DNA from: the human T2T-CHM13v2.0 reference genome, Homo sapiens
Strand: one strand, 5' to 3'
Length of the DNA stretch: 64,000 nt
Assembly (NCBI RefSeq): GCF_009914755.1
Contig: NC_060930.1
Program-made: the position numbers and the translations under genes
Notes under the pieces: generated by a model
Databases searched by the model: none
The model's input: the letters and a program-made list of their open reading frames with translations, nothing else
Told to the model about the DNA's origin: nothing
Part shown: piece by piece, positions 18,775-31,714 of the stretch
Layout of the letters: each line of letters begins with the position of its first letter
How positions within the stretch are numbered: the stretch's first letter is position 1

Positions 18775-18990
18775 ATATGCAGCACGGTGGACTGACTTAG
18801 AATATACATTCTGGAGGTAAACTCCATGGGGTTGAAGCTTGGCTCCACTACTTCCTAGTAGTCTGAGATTGGACAAATTACCTCTCAGTGCCTCAATTTC
18901 CTGTCTTGACAATGGTGTGTACAATAGAATCTATTTCATTAGGCTGATCTGAGGATTAAATGCGTTAATAGATATAAAGCATTTAGAATA
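18775..18990 (+). mobile_element. MIR
   Basis: ggctccactacttcctagtag...ggacaaattacctctcagtgcctcaatttcctgtc. Confidence 0.85.
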
Positions 18991-19058
18991 ATCACTGCTA
19001 GATATTTTCAGTATTATATAACTATTAAAATTATAACTTTTGTGAAAGATTTCAAGTA

Positions 19059-20106
19059 CAGTTGACCCTTGAACAACATAGACTTCAACTATGCAGGTCC
19101 ACTTATAGATGGATATTTTGCAGTATATTGGAAAAATTTGTGGGGGAGGGGTGTTAGACAATGTGAACAAACTTACAGAAAAAAATGTAACATACAACTC
19201 TCAAAAAATTAAGAAATAGTTAAGTGTTATGAATGCATAAAATATATGTAGCTACCGGTCTATTTCATCATTTGCTACCATAAAATATCTACAGATATTT
19301 TAATAAAAAGTTAAAATTTATCAGAACTTATGCACACACAAACACAGACTACTTGGAATCATTTGCAGTTGGTAGAAATGTAAACAAAGGTAAAGATATA
19401 TGATTAAGTCATAACTTTATAAAATTAACTGTAGTACATACTATATTACTATAATAATTTTGTAGCCACCTCCTGTTGCTATTGCAGTGAGCTCAAGCGT
19501 TTTGCGTATCCACTTAAAATGCTCTGTGACACTAATCAACTCTAAGCGAGTAGTTGTCTTTCCAGTAAATTGTGTATCACAGTAAAGAGTGATCTCTGGA
19601 TGTTCTTACATATTTTTCACTTAGTGCAATATGGCAAACCTTGAATAAAACCTTGAGACCCATACAAAGTGCGACTAGTGATGCTGGAAGTTCTCCCAAG
19701 AAGCAGAGAACATAATGACATTACAAGAAAATGTTAACATTTGATATGTACCATAGATTGAGGTCTTCAGCTGCAATTGCCCGTTACTGACAGATGAGTC
19801 ATCTAGTAAACAGACTACGTATACTTATGGTAATGACAAATATAGTACCATACTGCCAATGTATTTTCTCTTACTAATTTTTTAATCAACATTTTCTTTT
19901 CTCTAGCTTGCTTTAAGAATACAATATAAAATACATATAACATATACAATATATGTGAATCAACTGTTTATCAGTAAGGCCTCCAGTCAACTACTGATAG
20001 TAGGCTATCAGTAGTTAAACATGTGGAGAGGCAAAAGTTATATGCGATTTTTGACGGCATGGGGGATCAGCGCCCCCTAGCCCCTGAATTGCTCAAGGTT
20101 TCACTG
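19059..20106 (+). mobile_element. Tigger2-family DNA transposon (Tigger2b-like, about 1.05 kb)
   Basis: TIR cagttgacccttgaacaaca ... ttgctcaaggtttcactg; TA target duplication at 19057-58 and 20107-08. Confidence 0.9.
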
Positions 20107-20593
20107 TAGTAACTGATTTTACTTCACTATCTTCTAATGGTTTAATTTTTGAGACAACTGAAAGGGACATGTTATTGCCAATTTAATTATTCACCCATCT
20201 AGTGTTGTCAAGCTCTACTGAGCAAAAAATTAACAGTAAACATTTTCATAGCATTTAAAAAAAAAGTATATCTTTGCTGAGGAAAAGGAGGGCTCATACA
20301 TTTGTTCTTTCAGGTAATATTTATTGTTTGCCTATACCTGGGCACTGAAAAAAAAATGGACCCCAAATGCCTACCTTGCAGATTTTAAAAACTAATATAA
20401 ATTCAGAAAATAAATATGAGAAATAAATAAGTTAAACAGTATTATATGCCAAGAGGAAAAAATGGAGGAAAATGAGATAGAAGGTATTAGAGGTAAGGGT
20501 ACTGCAGTTTCAGTTAAACATCCAGGTTGACAAGGAAATGGTCCTTTTACTAGTTATTTTATGCCATTTACCCTACATTCTACTTTATTATAC

Positions 20594-20815
20594 ATAGAAT
20601 CGTAAAGTAAGTTAATTTTTCAGTAACAGCACAGTCCTTATATCAGCTGTAAGTGATAACTAGTTTCCAGCTTTGCAAATTATTAAGTATATAATTTGTA
20701 TAAGTACTTAATTTCTCTAGGTCACTTTCTTTATCTTTGAAGGCAGAAAAAAATTTACTATATAGAATTGTGGTAATACCCAAATCAAATAGAGATGACA
20801 GAATTGTTTGGAGGT
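20594..20815 (-). pseudogene. FN3-like pseudo-exon
   Basis: Acceptor gttcaattacag|; PPNNSVIS / fs / LFDLGITTILYS...STYTNYILNNLQ / fs / ETSYHLQLI; overlaps ORF 20643..20906. Confidence 0.55.
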
Positions 20816-21172
20816 CTGTAATTGAACATACAGAACTATCTCTTGTAGAACCAAAACAGTTTGCTCTTGAAAAAGGGCCTAGTTTTTCATTTTTTTTATT
20901 TAACAAGCCCTTGTATTTTATTAACTTTTAGGGGAAGTTCTGAGTACTTTACAAATAATAACCCATTTGATCTCCTTAGTCACTTAATAAGGTATTATTA
21001 TTCTCATTTTAGTGATGAGGAAACTGGGGCACACAAAGGTTAACTATGTAGTTTAAGGCAATGAGACTAATAAGTAGTTAAGAGCTATGTTATTCACAGG
21101 TAGAACAATTAGAAAATGGCACTACATCCTTTCTGCTGACTGATCTGTGCGAGGGTACAGGATCTATCAAAC

Positions 21173-21402
21173 GGAGCTTGAGTGGGATTTCAGAGCCTTG
21201 TCCAGTGGCTCTTCCTTTATGTAATCTGTTAATCCTTAGGAAAATTTTACACAGTCCTAAGCCACCCTCCCCCATTGCTTGCTCATGTAATAATCTCTGC
21301 TCCTTGTGAGAGATATAAAGAGTATTACACTTGATCCTATACAAAATATGCCAAATGTCAATGCATCCTGTGATTTTTGTCATTCCTTTTTTGGAACAGG
21401 AG
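21173..21402 (-). pseudogene. FN3-like pseudo-exon
   Basis: Acceptor aaatatag|; APVPKKE*QKSQDALTF..., then ORF 21090..21383 ...GLGLCKIFLRINRLHKGRATGQGSEIPLKL; donor |gtttga. Confidence 0.35.
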
Positions 21403-21690
21403 CTATATTTACACTTGAATGAATAACAGATGCAAATTTTGTACTTAAATTTCCTTGGTTTAAGTATTTTTTTGACTTATCCTTTTGTCTCCCCTATTTA
21501 GGAAGAGGATTACTCTTGCATTTAAGGTCAAATAGCATCAACAAGATGAGAAATAATGTGTCTTTTCTCAAATCATATCTACTGAGAATAAGCTTTGAGA
21601 GCTGTAGGAGAGAGCTGAATACCAGCAACTATCTCCCCTTTTAGCCAAGAAGAGAGTTAAAAAGAGGTCCCATTACCCCTCCATTTGTAC

Positions 21691-21867
21691 CAGTAGTTCT
21701 CAAGTCTGCCTGTACATTAGAATATAGTGGGAAGTCTTCAAAAATATATTTTCATGGCAAACATCAGACTATTTAAATTAGAAATTCTGAGAAGGAGTTC
21801 TGAGACTATGTGTTTTTAAAAAGTTGCCTAGGTGATTTTACAGGTCAACCAAAACTGAGAAACACTG
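21691..21867 (+). mobile_element. MER5A-like hAT-Charlie MITE
   Basis: cagtagttctcaag ... ctgagaaacactg termini; right flank gtctaaaa fits the NTCTARAN target. Confidence 0.8.
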
Positions 21868-21869
21868 GT

Positions 21870-22094
21870 CTAAAATGTAGAAAACCTTGTCATCAGTCCT
21901 GGACTAAACTCTCTTAAAATGCAGCCACTCACCTTCAGCCTGAGAGCCAAAGAAGTACAGAAAATATCAACTAATAAGTTAATATTTTCTTATTAGGGAG
22001 TAAAATATTTGGTGAAACCCTTTGGCTAGTCTTTGCTGGTGTCCTGAAATTTACAGCCACTGTCATCAATAAAAGGATCAAAATATCATCTGGT
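21870..22094 (-). pseudogene. FN3-like pseudo-exon abutting MER5A
   Basis: Acceptor ctccccttactag|; PDDILILLLMTVAVNFRTPAKTSQ...SGCILREFSPG. Confidence 0.45.
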
Positions 22095-22678
22095 CTAGTA
22101 AGGGGAGCCACCTCTAATTTCCTATAACAACTTTCTTAGTGTAATGTCTGGTACACAATATGCCTGTAATAAATGGTAGTAGTTATTAGTAGTTCCACAG
22201 AAAATTTATCTTAAGTTTATGAACCTTTTGCTATTAAATTATGATGTTTATAATGCATTCATAATTTTTTATGTCTTATTTCCCAGCTAAGTCAGAGGGA
22301 AATTTTAATGAGCTAGTTAAATCTAGATTCTTTGTTCATTGTATGATGTTTTCATTTTGTACATATGTGCTTGCTTGCTTATATCATGGTTGATTTTGAA
22401 ATCAAACTATACTGACTGAAAATGAATACATAAATAACTCTTTAAGACTACACCATCAAATATTTATTAAAGGTAAAATATACGTAGGGCTAATGGTTAG
22501 TTAAAGAAGACATTTACAAAATGTTTTTCTATAGGTATTTTTTTAGAGGGGTAGTACATTACAGAAAAATGTCTTGCATACTTTCTACTTTTTAAGAAAT
22601 TTTATAAAGAAAATTTATAACCCAAGTCATAACAGCTAAGGACCATAACTGATAGTTTGTAGGACAGCATTAATATAG

Positions 22679-23118
<440 letters not shown>

Positions 23119-23224
23119 TAATGGAATTAATTTTTTATTTAAAAATATAGACTATTCCTCCTAATCAGAATAATAATAAAAATGAAACTCTGCATACTAA
23201 AAGTAGAAATAGGTAATAATATAT

Positions 23225-23755
23225 ATATTAGTAAAGATTCTTCAGAGAAACAGAACCAATAGGATGTATGTATAATAAAAAGATTTACTATAAGGAATTA
23301 TTTCATGTAGTTATGGAGGCTGCCATGTTCCATGATCTGCATGCTGAGTCAGAAAGCTGGAGACCCAAGAGAGTCAATGGTAGTTCTAGCCTGAGTCCTA
23401 AGCCTAAAAACTTGGAGAACTGACAGTGTATTTTTCTTCCTAAGGCCAGTAAGCTCAAAACACATGAGCTGATGTTCCAGTTTGAGCACAAAGGCAGGCA
23501 AAAGCCAATGGCCAATTTCAGGGCAGTCATGTGGAAGGAATCCTATCTTATTCAGGGGAGGATCAGCCTTTGTGTTCCATTCATGCTTTCAATTGATTGG
23601 ATGAAACTCAACAACATGAGGGAAGATATTTGGCCTTACTTGGTCTATTAACTTAAATGTTCATCTCATACAAGAACACCCTCACAAAAACATCCCAAAT
23701 AATGTTTGAATCAGTAGATCAGTCAACATGACACAAAAAAAATTAACCATCACAA
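23225..23755 (-). mobile_element. MLT2-like ERVL LTR
   Basis: cagagaaacagaaccaatagga...aattaaccatcaca. Confidence 0.8.
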
Positions 23756-23776
23756 CATGCTTATGTGCTATAATAC

Positions 23777-24090
23777 TCATAATCTGAGACTGATTTGTTG
23801 TTTTAGAGAAAAGTATGATGGCAAACTGTGGGTGCAACTGTGAATGACTTTCTTCCTCTTGGGTTGATACCTCTAATAATAGTGCCTTTTCTGTACTGAC
23901 CATGTCACCATCTCCAATTCCCCAGAATTTTGTTTGTCCAATTGTTCGGAAGCATTCACTAATTCTTCAGTATAATTCAGAGCTTTCTTTTCTAAATTTT
24001 CAACATTTTCACATGATAAATGAAAAAACAAAACTAAAAGTTATGAAGCTGAAGTCATGTACAAAGTTGTATCAATTTCTATCAGATATA
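23777..24090 (-). pseudogene. FN3-like pseudo-exon
   Basis: One frame: FFHLSCENVENLEKKALNYTEELVNASEQLDKQNSGNWRW*HGQYRKGTIIRGINPRGRKSFTVAPTV; 5' boundary approximate. Confidence 0.55.
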
Positions 24091-24829
24091 ATCTGTATGC
24101 CTGTAGACATACTGCCTCAATTTTCTGGCTTTAATACTTTTATCTCTAGGGAGATGATGATGAAATTCCATGAATTATCAGATCGTTTTGCTATTTATGA
24201 TATCTAAAGGAAGATGTATATCACACTTTTTATTGGCATGGAATGTGTTATCGTATAGGATATCTACCTCAAAAGGATAATGAATTTATACTTTCTCCTT
24301 ACTAGTGTATTATTCATGAGAATGTTACTTAGCCAACTTACATAAGATCTATAATCCTCCATTTTCACTTCTAAAAAATGTGGAAGAAAAACAGCTATTT
24401 CATAAAGTTAGCATATAGACTAACTGAAATAATGCATGCAAAATTTCTAGTATAATATCTGACACATAGTGAAAGTATTTGATTGTATTAATATATTTTG
24501 ACCAGGAGACTAAAATAGGGCTGTCCCTTTTACTCTAGGTTCTTATCTCCAGAATTATCTCATTTTAACCTATTTTAAAATTTTGTACCCAGATAATACT
24601 AGATTACAATTTCAGCAACTCATCTCCTTGGAGTTAAAGAGTTTTATCCTAATACAACCAAATGCAGAAAAAAAAATTCTTGTTTATTTTTCCTCTCTTT
24701 TAGGTGCACTAAAATAAGATTATATTATTTTCATATAATCTTCTTATTTGATACCACCAATTGTCAAATTCATAAGATAATAGCTGACTTTTCAGGTTAT
24801 AATAATATCGCAGATCTTGAGGAATAGGG

Positions 24830-25105
24830 AAGGCTTTTAATGTGTTTCAAATCTTTGGCTTCTTGAGAAATCAGATACTAAATCTGTCACTAGACTCAAA
24901 ACCAAGTAGTCAACCTTTGGCCCTGTTCCAGTTTGTAATGGTGCAAATTCCAGACCTCTCCCTGAGTAATTCTCATTTGTAGTCCAGAGACATGAGGCTG
25001 CTGTAGTTAGACATTAATAAAAGATCTCAATGCAATGGAGCAAAATGCAGGAGAAGCAGGTCTTGGTGTGTAAGCCAAATGGACTAGCTATCTGTTGTCT
25101 GGCAG
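24830..25105 (-). pseudogene. MAM-domain-like pseudo-exon
   Basis: Strong acceptor tattttttctcgacag|; ARQQIASPFGLHTKTCFSC...ASCLWTTN / fs / TQGEVWNLHHYKLEQGQ...LLGFE; 3' boundary uncertain (alternative donor at 24915). Confidence 0.5.
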
Positions 25106-25309
25106 CTGTCGAGAAAAAATAGCAAAGAATAAAATTATAAAGCATGGCTAAGCAGATTGGAAAAAATTGTTATATTTTTCTGAGGATTTCAAGAAAACCA
25201 AAGAGTTAAATATAGTTGTAGAGATAAAATAAAGTCTATATAAGCTTGAAAAGAAAAAAAATAGAATTCAAAAACGTAGTGAAAACTCAGTTATCTCAAT
25301 CCAATTAAC

Positions 25310-25618
25310 CCAAAAATGTTTCTTTTGTAATGAAATTATAACTTCCATCATTTATTATTTCCATTAAAAAAGGAGTCTGGCCTGATTCACTCAACATATA
25401 ATTTATAATTTAAGTTTCTAAATTGAATCCTTATGTTATATGATTACTCAAGCCAGGTGTATGTTGGAGTGAGCAATAGCACGTAGAGAATAATAAGCAT
25501 CATCACTTGAACTAATTTTATTGGTGACTATGTGATTGAGGTAATGTTTACGGTTGGTTGTGGCCAATTGCATTAACTAAATGCAATTCTTTTCTAATTT
25601 GAACAATTTCTTTCAGAA
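25310..25618 (-). pseudogene. FN3-like plus start of MAM-like pseudo-exon
   Basis: Acceptor ttttttttacctttag|; CNWPQPTVNITS, SYNIRIQ, then SGQTPFLMEIINDGSYNFITKETFL; donor G|gttaat. Confidence 0.5.
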
Positions 25619-25857
25619 CTAAAGGTAAAAAAAAAAAAACCTTTTTCTATATTAATCTGTTGTATCAGAAAAATACAGATAAATGTTAACTTTTATTAAA
25701 TTAAAAAAAGAAATGATAACCAGAAAGCCCCAAATTTATGTGTATTATCTTAAGGGATGTTTATGCATCCTATTCTCAGAATCAGTTATATAGAAATGCA
25801 TGGTCCAATTTATACATGTACCAAAGCAAACTCTTGCTAAAATTTAAATAGTAAATA

Positions 25858-26497
<640 letters not shown>

Positions 26498-26859
26498 TGT
26501 TCTAACATAATTTTTTTTGAGTTATATAAATGGTCACAATATTGTTTCAATGCCCCCCTCTGTAGTGCTTGAATGTTGATAGGTGAATAAAATTGGTACT
26601 TATCCATTTCCAACAGTGTAGATCATTGTGAAAGTGAATCTTACTTCAGGTCACTACACCAATATATTAAACTCAAATTTCAATAGAAAGAAATAAAACA
26701 AGTTATTGATTATAGAAAGTCTGAAGAATATGAAGGTATTTGATATCAAAAAGGCAAATGATATTCCATAAAAACACAAATACTTGTACAAAGAAGTAGA
26801 ACTGAATTTCTATTTAAGATTTAGAATTCAATATGTTGGTAAAGATTAAACATCATAGA

Positions 26860-27720
26860 CAATGAATAAATGTAGAAGACAATATTTTTATAGTAGTAAT
26901 ATCATGGAAATGGAAGAATAAGGCACTCAAAGGAACTATCCCTGCATTGAAACCATTCAAACTGGCAATAACTGATAGAATACAGTTTTTCAGAATTCTA
27001 GAATCTAATCCAAAACTTACAGCAAATGGAAGACTACTTAATGAAGAGTAGGGCAGTTGCTTTTTAGTAAGAGAGCATTGTGGCATTTTTGCTCACTTGC
27101 ATACTATTTCTCATTCCCGAGCATGGTAGTGATGACACCAGCATTCCTGGTGTAGCCATTGTTCACTTTAAAATGTTTAATTTTATGTTAAATGAGTGTT
27201 ACCTTAGTTTCACAAAAAAAAAGAAGAGGAAGAAGAAGAAGGTTTCTACAGCTGCATTTTTCAAGATATGTGACCATGGAATTTCACCTTGGGAAAAACA
27301 CAGACAACCCCAAATTGAGTAACTTGCTACAAAATGATTGGCCTATAATCTTCAATTATGCCAAGATCCTGATAGACAAAGGAAATCAGAAAAATTCTTC
27401 CAAATTGAAAGAGGCACAATAAATGTAGTGTATCCTCGTGAATAGGAACCTTTTTCTATAAATGACATTAGAACAACTAGTGATTTCTGACTGGAATCTG
27501 TGAATTAGATTATTGTATTTTAACAGTGTTAATATCCTAATTTAGATGATAGTACTGTGTTTATGTAGCTGTGTCCTTTTAAATGCATACTGAAGTTTTT
27601 GGGGATGATGAGACATAATGTCTGCAGTTCACTCTCAGAGTGAAAGCAAGGAAGGAGAAAGAGGAGAGAATAAATGTAAAATGCTCACAAGTGAAATCTA
27701 AAGGAAAGATATAATCGGTC
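26860..27720 (+). mobile_element. Old L1MC/MD 3' fragments
   Basis: ttgttcactttaaaatgtttaattttatg; ctacaaaatgattggcctataatcttcaa. Confidence 0.6.
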
Positions 27721-27729
27721 TTTACTATT

Positions 27730-29350
27730 CTTGCCCCACCACTTTAGGGTTTATGTTCACATATGTCATCCATCCAAGTCTATCAATATCTGCAAACATA
27801 ATTGCTTTTGCAACTCTGTTCATTTTCTTGGTTTTAACTACTGCTTTGATTTTAATGACTCCCAAATTCATATATTCATTCCAGGATTTTTCTTTAGCAT
27901 CCCATTTATCTAACTCCTCAGAGTCCCAATCACTTCAAATTAAATATAATCTACTCATTCATTGAGTGAAAAAAAAGTTACTGGATTTATATATGGCAGG
28001 CATTATATTCAGGAATATATTACTGAACTATATACTAGATAGCTGGTGAGCTGAATTTTCACGAAGCTGACAGTCTTGCCATACCACTTTTAAGCTTTCT
28101 TTTGTTAAAATCTGTCCCCTACTGCTTCATTCAGAAATCTAGGAATGATTCTAGCTTTTATGCTTTGTCATCCTCTACATGCATTTCATTACAAAGCTGT
28201 GCCAATTTTATTTCCTAAGAATTTCTTGCATCTGCCCTATCTTCCTTGCCACTTCTCCTTCCCCAGCCCTACGATTTTTGCTGGAATTTGCCATGAATTC
28301 TGGACTTTCTCAGCAACCTCTGAATGGATTCTGTTGCCTAGAATCTTGCCCAGCTTAAATCTATTTTACATGCTGCAGCCAGGCTGTTCCATTTTAACTG
28401 AGAATTTGATTATACTTATTTACTGAAATGATGTCTTCAGTCTGTGTTATTTTAAAAAAAAGATTACTAGTTCAAAGAGCAAAATAGTTTATGCTACAAT
28501 TTTTAAATATTTATACCCAAATATCAGTTTCTTAATTATACATTTCTTGGCTACCTTTTCTAAATTTCCACACCCCGCACATGTTATCTTCTCATTTAAT
28601 TATTTACCTTAGTTCTAATTACCATGTAAGATATTTTACAATTTACTTATTTCTCTTGATTAGTGACTGCCTTTCTCTCCCTAGACGAGAAGCTCTACAT
28701 GGACAGAGATTTTTGTTTTGGTCATGGTTGAATATCTAGTGCTTGGAACTGCCCCTGACACATGACAAACACTCAATAAATACTTATCAATTAATTAATT
28801 CCACAAAACTTCAAATTGTAAGACATATTTTAAAATGTTGTTTTGAATGAAAACTGAGGAAGATACAAGAGCACTGACTCTTCTCCCTCCTCTTTGTTTC
28901 CTTTAAGGAAACTTAAAGCTACAGTCAGAGCTTCTTAGCATGAGACCCAAGCCTCTGATCTATGTCCCTAAAACCCTCTTTTATTTCCCCTTAGCTCATG
29001 CTCCAATGTCTATTTATGTCCATCTTCTTACAGTTTCCTGCAGCAGCCAGGATGTTCCACATCCTATCCATTAGCCTATTCTCAGGCTAACTCCCTTTCA
29101 ATTAACAGCATTTTTATTCATTCATTTTTCCAGGTTCCATCCAGGTTCTATCCCTGGCATTATCCCAAACTTCTCTCTACTTGCATACCAGCTACTTAAT
29201 CCCTTTATGGTTATGGCCACTCACATTTTTATCTTACTATCACAGCACTTTAGAACATCATACTAAAATTTTTACTTTTGCTTAACTACAGACATAGTAC
29301 TGTATTAATAATAAAAGCCTAATTCATTGTTTGACATCTGATAGGTGTTA
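27730..29350 (+). mobile_element. L2 fragments
   Basis: atgactcccaaattcatatattc; gcccctgacacatgacaaacactcaataaatactt (L2 3' end). Confidence 0.6.
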
Positions 29351-29359
29351 AATAGGTAT

Positions 29360-30063
29360 TTTTTGAACAGATGTAAAACAATTGTCTTTTACAATTCACA
29401 AAATACTTCTTTGGCTATACGTGAAACATCAATATTGGAGTTTCTCAAAAGCTCAAAAATTCACACGTATGTTTATTGCGGCATTATTCACAATAGCAAA
29501 GACTTGGAACCAACCCAAATGTCCAACAATGATAGACTGGATTAAGAAAATGTGGCACATATACACCATGGAATACTATGCAGCCATAAAAAATGATGAG
29601 TTCATGTCCTTTGTAGGGACATGGATGAAATTGGAAATCATCATTCTCAGTAAACTATCGCAAGAACAAAAAACCAAACACCGCATATTCTCACTCATAG
29701 GTGGGAACTGAACAGTGAGATCACATGGACACATGAAGGGGAATATCACACTCTGGGGACTGTGGTGGGATGGGGGGAGCGGGGAGGGATAGCATTGGGA
29801 GATATACCTAAGGCTAGATGACGAGTTAGTGGGTGCAGCGCACCAGCATGGCACATGTATACATATGTAACTAACCTGCACAATGTGCACATGTACCCTA
29901 AAACTTAAAGTATAATAAAAAAAAAAAAAGAAAAAAAAAAAAGACCAAACCAAAAAAAAAAAAAAAAAGCTCAAAAATTTGGACTAAGTAGTATGAATCA
30001 TCTTTTTAATAAAAGGGTCTATCTTTTTTTTATTTAAAATCAGAGATATAATTCACTCTGTAC
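29360..30063 (-). pseudogene. FN3 C-part pseudo-exon split by L1PA2
   Basis: Acceptor ttccttgatcttccctag|; after excising the L1 and one TSD: YRVNYISDFK*KKDRPFY*KDDSYYLVQIFELLRNSNIDVSRIAKEVFCEL*KTIVFTSVQK. Confidence 0.6.
29462..29964 (+). mobile_element. 5'-truncated young L1 (L1PA2-like) with 15-bp TSD aaaagctcaaaaatt
   Basis: 3'UTR gatgacGAGttagtggg and aacctgcacAatgtg; long poly-A; TSD at 29447-29461 and about 29965-29979. Confidence 0.93.
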
Positions 30064-30099
30064 CTAGGGAAGATCAAGGAAAAACTTACATTATTGAAA

Positions 30100-30280
30100 A
30101 TATACAATGTACAATGTAGCTAACACTATTATGCACTTTGTATATGTTATCTAAGTCAGTAGTCTTAAGAGCAATAATTTTCACATATTTTTAAAATACA
30201 GATAAAGTGAAATTCTAAGAGATTACATATTTGCCCAAGGTCATATAACTAGGAAAGATCAGAGCTGAGTTTCTTATGCA
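30100..30280 (-). mobile_element. MIR
   Basis: ttgcccaaggtcatataactagg. Confidence 0.7.
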
Positions 30281-30316
30281 GATTAATCGCTTTCCAAAGC
30301 TGATAAACTTTTCCAC

Positions 30317-30391
30317 TCTTCAAAAGTGCTCCTCCAAGAATGATAATAACAGTGGCAGCTTAAGGTGATTGAAGTTTTACTTAACGTGCAT
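30317..30391 (-). pseudogene. FN3 N-part pseudo-exon remnant (5' side cut by an LTR)
   Basis: TLSKTSITLSCHCYYHSWRSTFE; a weak phase-2 donor joins to 30063 to give STFEEYRVNY. Confidence 0.45.
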
Positions 30392-31131
30392 TGTATGATC
30401 AGAGAGACAAAAATAGATGCTGCTTTATCAAATAATCTGGACCCTAAGGTTAAGAAAACTAAAAAGTTACCTACAGGCTGAAGGCTCAGGAACCAGCTTC
30501 CATGACAATTTTCTAAATTCCTATGGCTATAATTAAAATCACACTCTTCGTAAGCTAACACCCTAACTACAAGAGTTATTAGGCAAAATGTCAGCCCCTT
30601 CCTAAAGTAATTTACAACCCAGACTCCACCTCATTTTAATTACAAAACCCCACCCCAAGTTGAACATGGGATGCATGTTACATATATATTTATACATTGT
30701 GCATACACTTGACCACCCTCATAAATATGTATAGAATTTTCCAGAAACATGTTGAATATGTATGACTCTGTGAGTCATAAAACCCATCTGCCCTCTCTAC
30801 CAAAAAATACAAAAAAAAATTAGCCGAGCGCGGTGGCGGGTGCCTGGAGTCCCAGCTACTCGGGAGACTGAGGCAGGAGAATGGCGGGAGCATAGAAGGC
30901 GGAGCTTGCAGTGAGCCGAGATTGCGCCACTGCGCTCCAGCCTAAGAGACAGAGCGAGACTCCGTCTCAGAAAATAAAGAAATAAATAAATACCCATCTG
31001 CCCTTTCCCTCTTCAAAGATAGAGCACCTTCAGTTCCTACTAGAGACTGTTTCTTCCGAGTTTGCAAGCTGATATCACCAATAAAAATTTCCTTTCTACT
31101 ATTCAGCCATTTTGGTGGTCTTTTGGACAAC
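30392..31131 (+). mobile_element. ERV1 solo LTR (LTR54-like) interrupted by AluY
   Basis: tg...gagagacaaaaatagatgc...ggaccctaaggttaag...; aataaa; ends ttggacaaca. Confidence 0.65.
30795..30991 (+). mobile_element. 5'-truncated AluY (right arm) with 13-bp TSD acccatctgccct
   Basis: gaatggcg/ggagcttgcagtgagccgagattgcg; TSD at 30782-30794 and 30992-31004. Confidence 0.93.
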
Positions 31132-31171
31132 AAATGTTTCATTTATTCCTCACCAAAATCTTGTGACTGAC

Positions 31172-31541
31172 TGCTATGATTTGAATACTGATGTGTCCCT
31201 GAAATTCATATGTTAGAACTTAATCCCCAAATGTGACAGTATTTAGAGGTAGGGCCTTTTAAGAGGTGAATAAATATTGAAGATTCCTTTCTCATGAATT
31301 GAATTAGTGCCCCTATAAAAGAGGTTGGTGGGAGCTTCCTTTCACTTCCACCAGGTAAGAAAGCAGCATGAAAGCATCACCTTTGAAGCAGAGAGTGAGG
31401 CCTCACCAGACAATGAATCTGCTAATTTGCTGGTGCCTCAATCTTGGATGCCCCATCCTCCAGAATTGTAAAAAATAAGTTTCTATTTTTTATAAACTAC
31501 CCAGTCTAAGGTATTTTGATGTAGCAGGAATGGACTAACAC
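31172..31541 (+). mobile_element. MaLR LTR (MST/MLT1A-like)
   Basis: tgctatgatttgaat...gccccatcctccagaattgtaa...ggactaacaca. Confidence 0.8.
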
Positions 31542-31714
31542 ACCAATCCTGGATCAATATCATCTCTATTTTATGGATGATAAAATTAATGTAAAGAGAA
31601 ATTAAATAATTTTTCCTAGTTAGCTAGAATTTGATTTCAGGCAGTCTGAACTCAAAACATGTGTTCTTAACAAATATGTAAACAATAAACTGCAGTCTTT
31701 TGAGAAAACAACGT

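Noticed and set aside
26560-26810. Additional FN3-like exon (SDLK*DS / TFTMIYTVGNG); likewise 63859-64000 and 40310-40399
   Set aside because: Too degenerate to list as features without an HMM or orthologue alignment
30392-30561. Acceptor at 30443 and the N-terminal part of ORF 30283..30561 as a gene exon
   Set aside because: Lies inside the ERV1 LTR
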